DNA of 64,000 nt. Source: Candidatus Bathyarchaeota archaeon. Lineage in GTDB: Archaea > Thermoproteota > Bathyarchaeia > Bathyarchaeales > Bathycorpusculaceae. Position numbers and translations under genes: made by a program. The DNA lies in assembly GCA_963826715.1 (NCBI GenBank), contig CAWGYA010000008.1, positions 416,001-480,000 on the forward strand. The letters run 5' to 3'. Below, piece after piece: positions 29,919 through 40,372 of the stretch. Each line of letters starts with the position of its first letter. The first letter of the stretch is position 1. Below the pieces are notes generated by a model. It did no database searches. It saw only the letters and a program-made list of their open reading frames with translations, and was not told where the DNA came from.

Positions 29919-31774
29919 CCTAGAAAGCTCCAACTATGGAACCAAATCAGATTTCTAATAAATTCTGTTGTTGCTGGAGCTCCTGAAATCACAGGGTAAA
30001 ATACGAAGAACAGCACAACCGCAGCGGCAAATACTGCTATGGCAGCAGCTTTTCCAAACGGTTTATTCCAATTCTTATTGATAAAGTAAGTTATGGCTAA
30101 ACAGAGCAGGGGCACGCTCAAGTAATAATGGTAGATATAGGTAGCTCGCCCAATCAAAACATAGGGCAGCCAGGAAAATAGGAACACAACCACAATAAAA
30201 ATTGCTGTAACATCCCAACCTTGCCCCCGAATACTCAGTCTTTCCTGCAAGTCTGATTTTTTGATTCGGGACCATAGATTAGATAGGAGCGCTTCCACAT
30301 GGAACGCTTCAACGATTAGAAAAACCATGGCTGCGAACCCAACCCACCATACTGCAGGGTTGCCGAAGGCTGAAATTGTCGATACGGTATTGTTGGGCAA
30401 CCCGTAACTTATGTCAAACCATTTCGAGACACTACCACCATCAAAACGGAACATTAAAGGCCAAGACCACCAAGGTGCGGATGAAGAGTCTGTCACGGAG
30501 CCGCTGTGGAAGCTAAACATCGCATTCTGCAGATTATAAATGGTCACAGGTGAATCCCCCATAAGCATCTCGGGGATGTAAGTGGCAATGTAGATTGCGG
30601 CAAATACTCCGATGAACGCCATTAGCAGCAGAAAGGGGTGATCAAAGAAAGCCACATATCTTTCACGTAAGCCAGCTTTAAGGTTAGCTACATCTTTTAG
30701 GCGTAGCATCACAAGCAACACAAGCATGCCCAAAACACCAAAGAGCGAAAACCATTTTGTGGAAAACGCTAAAGCTGCGGTTACTACCGCAAAAAACAGG
30801 GGTAGCACCGAAGTTTTCCAGCCGTTCTTAAGCACATTGGCAAAGTAGATTAGAAATAATAGTTGTGTCAATAATGAAAAGAAAACGACATATGTGTCGA
30901 CGGTGCCAATGCGAGCCATAGTGAAATGCATAAAGTCGAAAGTCATTAGAAACGCTGCTGAGAACCCGCCGATCCAGGTTCCGAACAGTTTCTTGCCCAG
31001 CAGATACATCAGCGGTACCATCAACATCGCAAATATTACGCCCATAATGCGCCAACCAAACGGGGTTTCACCCACAAGAGCAACTCCCACCGCTTGGATG
31101 AGTTTACCCAGCGGTGGATGTGTTCGCTCATTCGGAATCATATGGTTAACATAATTTTCTGCGGACCGTGCAAAATAGACCTCGTCAAAATACATCTTGG
31201 ACATGTATGTGGGAGGTATCTCAAGCGAAGATTGCTCGTCAATCAGGGCGGATAAGCTTGAGTCTGTACTGTTTATAGCTGTTATTTCCACAATTGGGAT
31301 TTGCTGAAAGTCAGTGTTGTCCAAACCGATTTCAGAGACCTCCGCATACTTTGATGGTGCCTTGTCAGATGGGTTTGTTATCCCCCAATTCGCAAACATC
31401 GGCTGAGAATCGTAAGTGACGGGGGAAACGAGGAATTCAAGATAACGGGTGTTCAGATTGAGGCTCATAGATTTCTGAATAGAATAATCTGTGCCTCTAT
31501 CGATTAACGAAAAATTTCCAACATAGCTCCAGTTGTCCGGAGTTCCCTGGTAAATTGTGACGGAGGCGTTACCTGATTTTACCCAGAAAAATGCGGTTTG
31601 GACCTGCTGGCTGGAGCCTAAATCTACGTAGAAACTCTGCGGTGACGTGCACTGCCAGTTCGTCACGGGTGAATTAGCTTGCCCAACATTCCATGCTGCC
31701 ATACTGAAGAAAACAAGCGACAGCAAAACCATAGTTAAGATGTCTTTTTTGGTGATTTTCAGATTGAAGTTCAC
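29915..31774 (-). CDS. Dolichyl-phosphate-mannose-protein mannosyltransferase (PMT/GT39)
   Basis: YFDEVYF, THPPLGKL, FGWR, RIGTVD, KW, SAPWWSWPL, GNPAVWW and YIYHYY. Confidence 0.88.
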   Translation of the reverse strand: MNFNLKITKKDILTMVLLSLVFFSMAAWNVGQANSPVTNWQCTSPQSFYVDLGSSQQVQTAFFWVKSGNASVTIYQGTPDNWSYVGNFSLIDRGTDYSIQKSMSLNLNTRYLEFLVSPVTYDSQPMFANWGITNPSDKAPSKYAEVSEIGLDNTDFQQIPIVEITAINSTDSSLSALIDEQSSLEIPPTYMSKMYFDEVYFARSAENYVNHMIPNERTHPPLGKLIQAVGVALVGETPFGWRIMGVIFAMLMVPLMYLLGKKLFGTWIGGFSAAFLMTFDFMHFTMARIGTVDTYVVFFSLLTQLLFLIYFANVLKNGWKTSVLPLFFAVVTAALAFSTKWFSLFGVLGMLVLLVMLRLKDVANLKAGLRERYVAFFDHPFLLLMAFIGVFAAIYIATYIPEMLMGDSPVTIYNLQNAMFSFHSGSVTDSSSAPWWSWPLMFRFDGGSVSKWFDISYGLPNNTVSTISAFGNPAVWWVGFAAMVFLIVEAFHVEALLSNLWSRIKKSDLQERLSIRGQGWDVTAIFIVVVFLFSWLPYVLIGRATYIYHYYLSVPLLCLAITYFINKNWNKPFGKAAAIAVFAAAVVLFFVFYPVISGAPATTEFIRNLIWFHSWSFLG

Positions 31775-33018
31775 TTCGGAGTTTCACCACTCTTTTCGCT
31801 TTCACTTGGTTCGGTTGGCTGTGGATTTAACCAATGACGTCCTTTTAGCCCATCCAACATTATTACTGTGGCATAGATGAACATGGCTAAATTAATAACG
31901 CTTACCGCTAGAACTACCAAATCACCTTGTGGAATGAATGGGTCAGGTTTATTCAAAAAAGAAAGAACGTACGCCTGATTAACAAACAAAGTTCCAGTTA
32001 AAATAATGTAGATTGGACGGATTTTCTTTACAAAAGGCAACATTAAAACCAGCATTGCTATGGCTGGAAACAAGTAGCGTTCATGAATACGTGTGGGTAA
32101 CATAAAGAAACTAAAGATGAGCATAAACGCACAAAAAATAACCAACATATAATCTGAAATTTTGTAGCGTTTGTGCAGAACATATATCGTTAATGTGGCA
32201 AACCCTGCAAATAGTGCCCAGCCTAAAATGTTTAGTCCGCCGCCGTCGGGCATCCATAGCCCAAACATCCCCCACAAGTTGAAAGCGTTTATTGACGTGT
32301 ATGCATAGCCACCGTAAGCACCAAAGTAGATGTCACTTAGAAAAGTCACAGGGTTACTCCATTGGAAAGGCAAAATTACTATGAATATCGTGGCAGCAAA
32401 TGTAACTACCGAAGTTGCTAACCTCTTTAAACCGTCTTTCTTAATAATTAGAAAGGCGATGAGGGGCAACAACGCTATACTTTGTGGTTTAGTTAGCAGT
32501 CCAATAGCAAAAACTGCAGCTGATGCTTCAGGTTTGTTTTTTAGGGCAAATATCAAAGAGAGAACCAAGAAGAAGGTGTAAATCGCGTCGAATTGTCCCC
32601 ATACCGCCACATTAAACAGTATGGCAGGATTAAAAGCGTAGAATGAAGTGGCAAGTAGACTCTGGTTTATGTTTAGGTGTTTGCGGATGAAAAAGTAAAT
32701 CAACCCAATAGTTGCTATGTCAAAGAGGGTTGGCGCCAGCTTTACGATATAAGCCGTATTGACAGCGGGAACTGCATGGGCTATGGAACCGAACGTCCAG
32801 AAAATGTAAACATTGAATGGCGGGTAATCTGACCAGCTTACCACATCATAGAATGGTCGTATGCCATATTGGCTGGCGGTGCTAAACCATGAGATGAACG
32901 TGTTGGTGTCGTTTTGGTATCCTTGTAGAGGAAACAGCAGAAGTCTAACTAGGAAGGCTATGAGAAGCAAAACAGCTAAGCCTACGACTTCACGTTGCTT
33001 AACCGGGAAACTAACCAT
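31771..33018 (-). CDS. GT-C fold polyprenyl-phosphate-sugar-dependent glycosyltransferase
   Basis: DYPP, NPAILFNVAVWGQFDAI, KPQ, SINAFNLW and HERYLFP; multiple TM helices. Confidence 0.82.
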   Translation of the reverse strand: MVSFPVKQREVVGLAVLLLIAFLVRLLLFPLQGYQNDTNTFISWFSTASQYGIRPFYDVVSWSDYPPFNVYIFWTFGSIAHAVPAVNTAYIVKLAPTLFDIATIGLIYFFIRKHLNINQSLLATSFYAFNPAILFNVAVWGQFDAIYTFFLVLSLIFALKNKPEASAAVFAIGLLTKPQSIALLPLIAFLIIKKDGLKRLATSVVTFAATIFIVILPFQWSNPVTFLSDIYFGAYGGYAYTSINAFNLWGMFGLWMPDGGGLNILGWALFAGFATLTIYVLHKRYKISDYMLVIFCAFMLIFSFFMLPTRIHERYLFPAIAMLVLMLPFVKKIRPIYIILTGTLFVNQAYVLSFLNKPDPFIPQGDLVVLAVSVINLAMFIYATVIMLDGLKGRHWLNPQPTEPSESEKSGETPK

Positions 33019-33125
33019 TGTCCCCTCTCAGAAAGATACTTTGTATCCTAAACATAAGAAGGTTTTTGCAAAAACATTAGGTGCCTTGTTTTTAGAAAAT
33101 AAATCTGGAAAAGTCTTTGTTAGTT

Positions 33126-33440
33126 TTATGTTTCCTTGATGGCAGATATCTCTTGGGTGAGTTCTTGGAAATGCTTCATCACCGTAATGCCTCGTTGAGT
33201 AACTGCAAAAACAGAGTGTCTTTTGTTAGTTATTCGTTCTTCTACTAAACCCTTCTTTCTTAGAAAGCATAGATACTCTTTGAGTATACTACCGTTGAAG
33301 TTTGATTTGTACATGATGTGTGTCATCTTCAATTGACCTGTTTGCGCCAACACTTTGAGAATATTAATGTATCTTTCCATTTTTGATCGTCTAATCAGTC
33401 GCACCCCACAATTCTCCAGTTTCAAAAGTGGTCTTTCCAT
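33126..33440 (-). CDS. Winged-helix (archaeal ArsR-like) DNA-binding protein
   Basis: RRSKME...THIMYKSNFN...YLCFL...FAVTQRG. Confidence 0.8.
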   Translation of the reverse strand: MERPLLKLENCGVRLIRRSKMERYINILKVLAQTGQLKMTHIMYKSNFNGSILKEYLCFLRKKGLVEERITNKRHSVFAVTQRGITVMKHFQELTQEISAIKET

Positions 33441-33528
33441 TGCATAATCGGATGTTTTTTAATAACTTTTGCTATCACATGGAAATGCTTAAAATGATTT
33501 TAACCGTATTCTGAAAAGGGGCAAAAAC

Positions 33529-33783
33529 ATGACCTTAGGCAGACTTTATGAAGAATTAATTCCAATCGATCAATTATCCTATAAAGGATATAATACTCCT
33601 GAACTTGCAAATGCTAAAATAAAACAAATTTTAGATGAGGCAAAAAAAGACATGCCGCCTTTCATCGAAAAATGGGTTAATACAGAAAACGAACCTGATT
33701 GGAAAGCGACATGTGAAGCAATGGACAAAAGAAATATGGAAAGGGAAAAATGGTTCATTAAATGGTTTGGTGAACAGAAATAA
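33529..33783 (+). CDS. Hypothetical protein
   Basis: 84-aa ORF with ATG start and TATA-like upstream sequence; no recognised motif. Confidence 0.5.
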   Translation: MTLGRLYEELIPIDQLSYKGYNTPELANAKIKQILDEAKKDMPPFIEKWVNTENEPDWKATCEAMDKRNMEREKWFIKWFGEQK

Positions 33784-34178
33784 ATCGAGACATCATTTTT
33801 ACGCCTACCTTAAGTCTAAATCAGTTTTTCTAAGCGCCTCTCTTCAACTTTACCAGCTTTCTTATACTATGTTATTCAAGACTCCGATACCCTTCTTCAA
33901 CTCCTCAGGACTCCCATTCATTTGAGCTTCAACAGACACAGCCACTTTATAATTAATCATAAATTTCATCAAAATACACAATTAAGAATTAATGGTCATA
34001 AAGAGTAACAAACTAACAAAAAGCGTTTATGACTACTTTTAAACTTCAACAATACCAAGCTAAGTTTGTATCTCTATAGCGGGGTTAAATTATTATCTAT
34101 CGTCAAAAACAGTGACGTATCCTAATTCGGATAGATTTATAATAGCCTGAACCCCAATTTTGATTGAGGTAACATGTA

Positions 34179-34604
34179 TTGTATGAAAAAATATTGGTGC
34201 CTGTTGATGGTTCAGATAACTGCAATACTGCTTTAAGAGAAGCTATTAAGTTAGCTAAATTGACAGGGGGCAAGATCACAGTTATACATGTATATTTAAA
34301 GTGGTCTCCAGCAATTATGGATGATAAGGAAGGTTGGCTTGAGGCGTTAAAAGATGCAGCTAAAACTATTTTGGATGACTCCAAGAAAATAGCTGCAGTA
34401 GAGGGTTTTAAAGTTGAAACCTTATTAGTTGATGGTGATGCAGTGCAAGAGATAACTAAAACAGCCCATGACAAGAATTTCGATTTGATTGTTATGGGTG
34501 CAAAAGGCAAGAGTAATCTATCAAAGCTTTTCCTTGGGAGCGTCAGCAGCGGAGTACTAAAAAATTCAGCCTGCCCTGTACTAATCACAAAGTGCTTTGG
34601 ATAG
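34179..34604 (+). CDS. Universal stress protein
   Basis: KILVPVDGS, DLIVMGAKG, FLGSVS and CPVLI. Confidence 0.92.
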   Translation: MYEKILVPVDGSDNCNTALREAIKLAKLTGGKITVIHVYLKWSPAIMDDKEGWLEALKDAAKTILDDSKKIAAVEGFKVETLLVDGDAVQEITKTAHDKNFDLIVMGAKGKSNLSKLFLGSVSSGVLKNSACPVLITKCFG

Positions 34605-34976
34605 CAATCCAATAACCAATTTTTTAAAAAATAACGAACTCAACAAATACTCTTTTTTTATCTCTTGACCATCGCGTGTTTAGTGAGGAAGTCTTTAGAA
34701 GTTCTTACCCGGAACTAGAAAACATATTTTCTTTAGCTACGCATCAGCTCTTGAATCTTTAATAACTTAATGCTCACAGGAGCTCGCAATGTCTAAACGG
34801 AAAATTACTATCAACAAGTATTGAGACGTAAAACCATTATTCCCTGAATTGCAAATGCAACAGTTATTGTTGCTTTTCAAGAAAATAATTCCAATGTAGT
34901 TTGTACACGAGATCGCATTCCAAAGACTTTTAAACTAAATGGGTTAAATTAGAGATTAAGTGTGGAGTTGCCTAAA

Positions 34977-35362
34977 ATGACCCAAACTAATCCTCTATAC
35001 CCAAATGGCACAAATTTTGTGTTAATTGCTGAGCTATGATTTATGCAAGAGCTGAAATTTGCCCTAAATGTGGCGTTAGAGTTTCTCCCCCTCCAGCTCC
35101 ACCAATGCCTTCACAGTATACTAACATTGAAAGAAAAAGCGAAGGATTAGCAGCAGTTGCCTCATTCATATTTGTGGGTTTAGGACAGATATATAATGGT
35201 CAAATTGGGAAAGGAATAATGTTCATAATACTTGGCGTATTTTTCGTGTTCACAATGATATTTCTGATTGGCTTTCCGTTATACCCACTTTTCTGGATTT
35301 ACAATGTCTACGATGCCTACAACACTGATAAGCAAATAAATGCTGGTTTAATTAAAACGTAG
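34977..35362 (+). pseudogene. Zinc-ribbon plus TM2-like membrane protein, disrupted at the 5' end
   Basis: MTQTNPLYPNGT/(fs)FCVNC*AMIYARAEICPKCG...GLGQIYNGQIGKG; one frameshift and one TGA. Confidence 0.65.
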
Positions 35363-35412
35363 GCAACAATACAGTTACTAATACTTAAGACTTAAATTTA
35401 GACATATATAGA

Positions 35413-35748
35413 TTACTTGTGTTTTTTCCAAACAAGCTTTAGTAATTCTACAATTTTATCCTCATCAATTTGTTCCAGAGAGCTAATTTCAAAATGTTTC
35501 ATTGTTTTTCCTGATCCTTCAAGCAGCATCTGTTCTTCTTTTGAAAGACCTTTTAACGATAAACCCAAATTAACATGGTTTTCCAATGCAACAATATAGT
35601 AAATACCTTTAGCATACGTTGGAACACCCCACTTCATTTCTTCTTCAATGCCTGTAAAAGACTCAACAACAATTCTTCTAAGTTCCAAACAGATTTTTTT
35701 CTGTGAAGAGCTCTGCTTTTCAAAATACTCATCAACTTTATTGCTCAT
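35413..35748 (-). CDS. DUF1801/YdhG-like protein
   Basis: VDEYF...EEMKWGVPTY...HVNLG...LEGSGKTMKH. Confidence 0.85.
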   Translation of the reverse strand: MSNKVDEYFEKQSSSQKKICLELRRIVVESFTGIEEEMKWGVPTYAKGIYYIVALENHVNLGLSLKGLSKEEQMLLEGSGKTMKHFEISSLEQIDEDKIVELLKLVWKKHK

Positions 35749-36157
35749 TTACATTCCCTGGGTATTTCATTAAAAATTATAGCACTTAAAAGCTTAAGCC
35801 AAACTCAATAGGTAAAAGTTATTTTTTGCAATCCATCAGTTCTAGCCATTTGATATTTACATTGGAGTATCTTTCTTATTTTTCGATAATATGACCTAAC
35901 CAGGACATTCTTAATTTTGGGATGGAGCGTCTTCAAATTTAGTTAAATCTTTGATGAAATAATATTCACAATTACAGAAAACAAGGGTGTAGGCTCTAAA
36001 ATTCTGATATTTTAAACCTAAAGAGTTTCTTATTGTCTTTTCTCCACGTATTCAATGAATTTTCTACTGTTATTTACAACTTACTTCAATTCAATCACAC
36101 ATAATAGCTCGTTTCCAGACTTATCCTTATTCCTTGACCTTGCTACTGAGATTTCGC

Positions 36158-36500
36158 CAGTCTGGGGACCAAATTAGAATTTGATCAAGTATGTCAAGAA
36201 TAAAAGGCTATAATTTGAATGTGAAAAATGCCAAGTTAAAACGTCAATAGAAGTATTTTATCGCAAAGATGGACAAGTGGGTTATTCTATGGCAAGACAT
36301 CTTGGATCAAATAAAAAATACTACTACCAATCAACAAAGCATAGAATATACCAATAAAAAACTCAGAAAACTATCTATTATTGATCCCTGTCAAGGTTTT
36401 GAAGGTAAATCCATTGAGCGTTCAAATGATGAATCAAAGTTTTTTAATAAGAATGGAGCCTTCGGCGGGATTTGGACCCGCGACCATTACCTTACCAAGG
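36158..36500 (+). repeat. Diverged copy (about 340 bp) of 38371-38712: integrase N-terminal relic plus att
   Basis: Both copies start cagtctggggacc, share gaatgtgaaaaatgccaagttaaaacgtcaata and tcaaggttttgaaggtaaatccattgagc, and end in an identical 47-bp tRNA-Thr fragment. Confidence 0.9.
36454..36500 (-). repeat. att direct repeat: 3' 47 nt of tRNA-Thr(GGT)
   Basis: Identical to 38666-38712. Confidence 0.95.
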
Positions 36501-36843
36501 CTGGACAGTAACAGGATAGCGAAACTTTTGATTTGGAAGGCTTTGGCCAAATTATTATTTGCTAAATATTCACGAAGGTATGCAAAAGTAAGGTCACATC
36601 CTGTGCGTTTTGTTTCTTCATCTTATTCAACAAAGTAGGGATATTCAGAAACTTTATGATGAATTGTAACCTCGAGTTAATTTGAATAAATATCGCAGTA
36701 TCCACACTTTCATCGAAGATTATCCTTAACAAATTGCATCAAAACATAAAGTGGAAAAAAAGAGTTCTTGTCTTAATGTGGCGGTAGATTTAATGCTCTC
36801 AAATTTATAGTTTAAATTCTGAAATATTGGAGGAGTCGTAAAA

Positions 36844-37590
36844 ATGAAAAGAGTTCTTAATTGGCAAATAGTTCTTGCTTTAATTTTAGTGGCTCTTTCA
36901 ATTAGTTTCTATTTGCTTCATTATTTAATATTCCAAGATATACACCATATTTTCATTTATCTCATAGGTGACATAGCTTTTCTATTCATAGATGTCATGA
37001 TAGTAACCCTAGTCTTGAACCGCTTGCTTGTATTTAGGGAAAAACAGTCCAATATGAAAAAACTCAATGTTGTGATTGATACCTTTTTTAGCGAAGTGGG
37101 TGCGGATTTATTGAAAATATGTTTAAAGTTTGATTCCAATTTGGATGATTCTAGAAAAAAGCTTCTAATAGCAAGAGATTGGTCAGATAGAGATTTTTTT
37201 ATTACAAAACAAAACATACAACAGAGTGGAATAATCAACAGCAAGAGATACGACCTTGATGAAGTAAAGATTTTTTTAATAAACAAAAGACAGTTTTTAC
37301 TTAATTTACTGGAGAACCCACATTTAGTTGAACATGAGTCTTTCACCAATTTACTTTTAGCTATTTTACATTTGACCGATGAATTAGCAAATAGAAAGAA
37401 CCTCAAAAAATTACCTGAATCTGACTATAACCACCTCTCGGAAGACATGAAAAGAGTCTATAACCAGCTAATTTTGCAGTGGCTGGAGTATATGAGACAA
37501 CTAAAAAAAGATTATCCGTATCTATTCTCTTTAGCTTTAAGGATTAATCCATTTGATGAAAATGCTTCAGTAGAAATTAACGATCCTTAA
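36844..37590 (+). CDS. Hypothetical membrane protein (two N-terminal TM, helical cytosolic domain)
   Basis: 248-aa ORF with SD GGAGG; FFSEVG, LLENPHLVEHE and YPYLFSLALRINPF; cargo of the element. Confidence 0.8.
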   Translation: MKRVLNWQIVLALILVALSISFYLLHYLIFQDIHHIFIYLIGDIAFLFIDVMIVTLVLNRLLVFREKQSNMKKLNVVIDTFFSEVGADLLKICLKFDSNLDDSRKKLLIARDWSDRDFFITKQNIQQSGIINSKRYDLDEVKIFLINKRQFLLNLLENPHLVEHESFTNLLLAILHLTDELANRKNLKKLPESDYNHLSEDMKRVYNQLILQWLEYMRQLKKDYPYLFSLALRINPFDENASVEINDP

Positions 37591-38051
37591 ACTGATGGTT
37601 TCGTTGAGGAATCCACCTATTACGTTTCTTTGATCAAACGGTAGGTTCCTTAAACAGCCGGTCGCCATATATTTCATCTAAAATCAGGTTTGATGGTTCG
37701 GCGTCTGATCAATTGAATATTTAGCGCATGCCGAATAATTTAGGTGCCTTTTTCAAAGAGTAAATAGTGTGCAACTCCTCGTCCATTGTATGTTGCTTGA
37801 TATGAGTAAAGCATCCACCCCTTTTCTTGTCATGCCAATATGGTTTTGTTAATATCTTTGTGGTGATTTACTTCTTCACAGGCCCATTCGTTCAAAACAA
37901 AAAACCTCTAAGAAAGGTATACTCAGAAAAATATAAAGTCTCTGAATGTTCCAAAAGGGCACCAAAGTTCTTAAACAAAAACAAACATAACAAGTCAACA
38001 ATAGGAACACTGAAGAACGTATGTTTGCTTTATCCTTTCATTAGTCCCCCA

Positions 38052-38347
38052 ATGTGGATTTATGTATACATTTTCACATTAACAACGGGCATAGTTATTT
38101 TTGCAGGGCTAATAGCACTGTTGATTTTTCCTTCTCACTACAAAAAGACAGCAGTACTATTAGGAATAACTGGGTTAATTCAAATAATAATTTCAAGCTT
38201 GGTATACTAACTTATCACATTTTCATTGTTTTTCCATTACAGTTCGTTGTTGTTGGAATAGTTGCTCTAACAATAGGAGTAGTTATTGCCATATACGGCA
38301 CAGTTAAAAAGAAAAACAATAGAAGGGCACTCCAAAATAGTTCTTAG
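38052..38347 (+). pseudogene. Small membrane protein, frameshifted
   Basis: Hydrophobic frame from ATG 38052 switches near 38200 into the hydrophobic frame ending at 38347. Confidence 0.45.
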
Positions 38348-38403
38348 AAGAACCTTATAAGTTACATTGACAGTCTGGGGACCCACTTTAGGATTGGTCA
38401 AGT

Positions 38404-38715
38404 ATGTCAAGAATCAAGGTCACAGGGTTTGAATGTGAAAAATGCCAAGTTAAAACGTCAATATAAGTTTTTTATCGTAAGGATGGACAAGTTGGATACT
38501 CTAGAGCCAGGCATCTTGGGGAAAATAAAAAGTACTACTATCATCAGCAAAGCCTAGAGTATGTTAATAGAAAACTTAGAGAAATATCAAATATTGATCA
38601 TGGTCAAGGTTTTGAAGGTAAATCCATTGAGCATGCCAATGATAAATCAAGGTTAAATTGTGATGTGGAGCCTTCGGCGGGATTTGGACCCGCGACCATT
38701 ACCTTACCAAGGTAA
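38404..38715 (+). pseudogene. N-terminal fragment of an att-split (SSV-type) integrase with a CxxC motif
   Basis: MSRIKVTGFECEKCQVKTSI*VFYRKDG...RARH...YYYHQQ...EPSAGFGPATITLPR*; reads in frame antisense into tRNA-Thr; one internal stop. Confidence 0.55.
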
Positions 38716-38742
38716 CGCCCCACCGGGCTAGGCTACGAAGGC
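38666..38742 (-). tRNA. tRNA-Thr (GGT), CCA encoded
   Basis: GCCTTCG...CGAAGGC-TCCA; anticodon arm TTACC-TTGGTAA-GGTAA. Confidence 0.95.
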
Positions 38743-38909
38743 AAATTTTTACTCTTCCCCTCAAACAACATACGATAGTAAATAAAATGCTTACGGTTAC
38801 ACTGCTCCTTATCAACGGCAAACCTCATGCAAACAAGACTTAAACCCCAGATTCCTGGGGGCAAATAAATATTAAAGGAGGCAGAAATATCTCAGTACAC
38901 TCAGAGCAT

Positions 38910-38994
38910 GCAGGGGTCTCCAAGCCAGGTCAACGGAGTAGGGCTTAGGACCCTATCGCGTAGGCGTTCGTGGGTTCGAATCCCACCCCCTGCA
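38910..38994 (+). tRNA. tRNA-Leu (TAG)
   Basis: GCAGGGG...CCCCTGC-A; anticodon arm TAGGG-CTTAGGA-CCCTA; long variable arm; GTTCGAATC. Confidence 0.96.
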
Positions 38995-39052
38995 CCTTTA
39001 TAAGTAAAACTATAGGGGGTCCCGCCGTGGAGACACTTTGGGTTTTTGCCTG

Positions 39053-40369
39053 CTAAAGTTTGCGTTTTCGGAAAATCTTTGCTCCTTGAAACTCGGTGAC
39101 GTATTCAAAGCCTGAGTCAACTAAGCTTAAGATTTCTTTCTCAGTTCTAGCGACTTTGGAGATGTAGTTTGTTTCGCCTTGAAATAGCGCTTCTTCAAGC
39201 TGAACGTACAAAAGCGTATTTTTGATGTTTTTGTGTCCTAATCGCATCATAACATAATACATGTCTTTGGTTTCGTGGTATAGTATTGTTCCTTTCCAGT
39301 ACCGGAAAGTGTGGAAGTGGATTTTTAGCAATCGTTGGTTGTTGACCTTGTGAGATAGGCGTCTTCTTTGCTGGCAAAGTAGAGTTCCGAAGTGGTCAAC
39401 TGGCATGTGTGGATGTGAGAAGATTCTATCTCCGTAAATTCTTGGCTGTTTCTGAAGCATTTCTAAGAGTTTGTTGCTAAGATGCACGACTCTTGGATTG
39501 CTGTGTTTTTCAGCGGTTATGTTTACGACTTTGCTTTCGAAGTCTATATCGTCCAATTTTAGTGTCCATATTTCGCCGCATCTTGCGCCTGTTTCTTTTA
39601 GCATTTGTAGAAATGTTGCCATGCGACTTGTGCAGCCTGCGATGAGTTGGTCGATTTCAGTTTCTTTGGGGATGAATGGTAGTTTGCGGATTGTTTGGTA
39701 TAACGGTGGGTTCCATGTGCCGCCCGCCATCTTTAGATAGGATGAGTAGGTGTCTACTGCGTTGTTTTTTCTTCCGTTGCACCATGTTTGCTTTGCGATT
39801 ACTTCTTTGATTGTTTCAGGATCATAGAGGTTAGCGCCGCGTTTGGTGAGGACTTTTAGAAGTTTTACTCTGCCTTCTATAGTTGCTTCGCTTTTGCCGT
39901 CTTTTTTTAGCCACCAAGCATATTCTATAATTTTTCCTGTAGCATCAGCAGTTTGCGTTGCGCCCTCCCGCTGGGCGTTTTCTTGTCGGGTTTGACTTGT
40001 GACCAAGGTTAATCCCCCTTGCCGGAGGGTCGATGCTCGTCCCTGACGGGATTCACTGCGTTCTTGGCAGTTAAAAGAATAAGCAGTAGGTGTATTTATT
40101 TTCAATTCTAAACATGTTTGTAGTGGTTTGTGTTCACTGAAGCGGTGTTTGCAGTCTTTACACTTCCATCGTTGTACTCGCTCACCATTTGTTAGTGGTC
40201 TTGTTCCTGCTTGAACTAAAACTATAGAGCCGCATAATGGACAGTATAGGTTAGGCTGTTTAGGGGGTTGGTGCAAGCGGTTTTCCACCGACTTCCTATC
40301 GGAATCTTGCCTTCTGCCAAGAACGCCAAAATCAGAATCAATTTGGAAGCCAACCTCTCCCTCAGTCAA
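39053..40369 (-). CDS. Tyrosine recombinase/integrase with N-terminal zinc ribbon
   Basis: Catalytic set intact: TGARCGE (R), EKHS (K), HTFR, LGHKNI and LLYV (Y). N-terminal CPLCG...WKCKDC. Start uncertain. Confidence 0.93.
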   Translation of the reverse strand: MTEGEVGFQIDSDFGVLGRRQDSDRKSVENRLHQPPKQPNLYCPLCGSIVLVQAGTRPLTNGERVQRWKCKDCKHRFSEHKPLQTCLELKINTPTAYSFNCQERSESRQGRASTLRQGGLTLVTSQTRQENAQREGATQTADATGKIIEYAWWLKKDGKSEATIEGRVKLLKVLTKRGANLYDPETIKEVIAKQTWCNGRKNNAVDTYSSYLKMAGGTWNPPLYQTIRKLPFIPKETEIDQLIAGCTSRMATFLQMLKETGARCGEIWTLKLDDIDFESKVVNITAEKHSNPRVVHLSNKLLEMLQKQPRIYGDRIFSHPHMPVDHFGTLLCQQRRRLSHKVNNQRLLKIHFHTFRYWKGTILYHETKDMYYVMMRLGHKNIKNTLLYVQLEEALFQGETNYISKVARTEKEILSLVDSGFEYVTEFQGAKIFRKRKL

Positions 40370-40372
40370 CCA

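Larger units (their letters stand above)
36454..38712. mobile_element. Degenerate 2.2-kb integrated element at tRNA-Thr (split-integrase type)
   Basis: 47-bp direct repeats; an int(N)-like relic at 38404-38715 reads through att, and an int(C)-like relic (FAKYSRRYAKVR) follows 36500. Confidence 0.7.

Noticed and set aside
4557-32581. Many 60-190-aa ORFs antisense to housekeeping genes (for example 4557-4922, 11471-11860, 23805-24374)
   Set aside because: Fully overlapped by well-supported genes on the opposite strand and carry no motifs.
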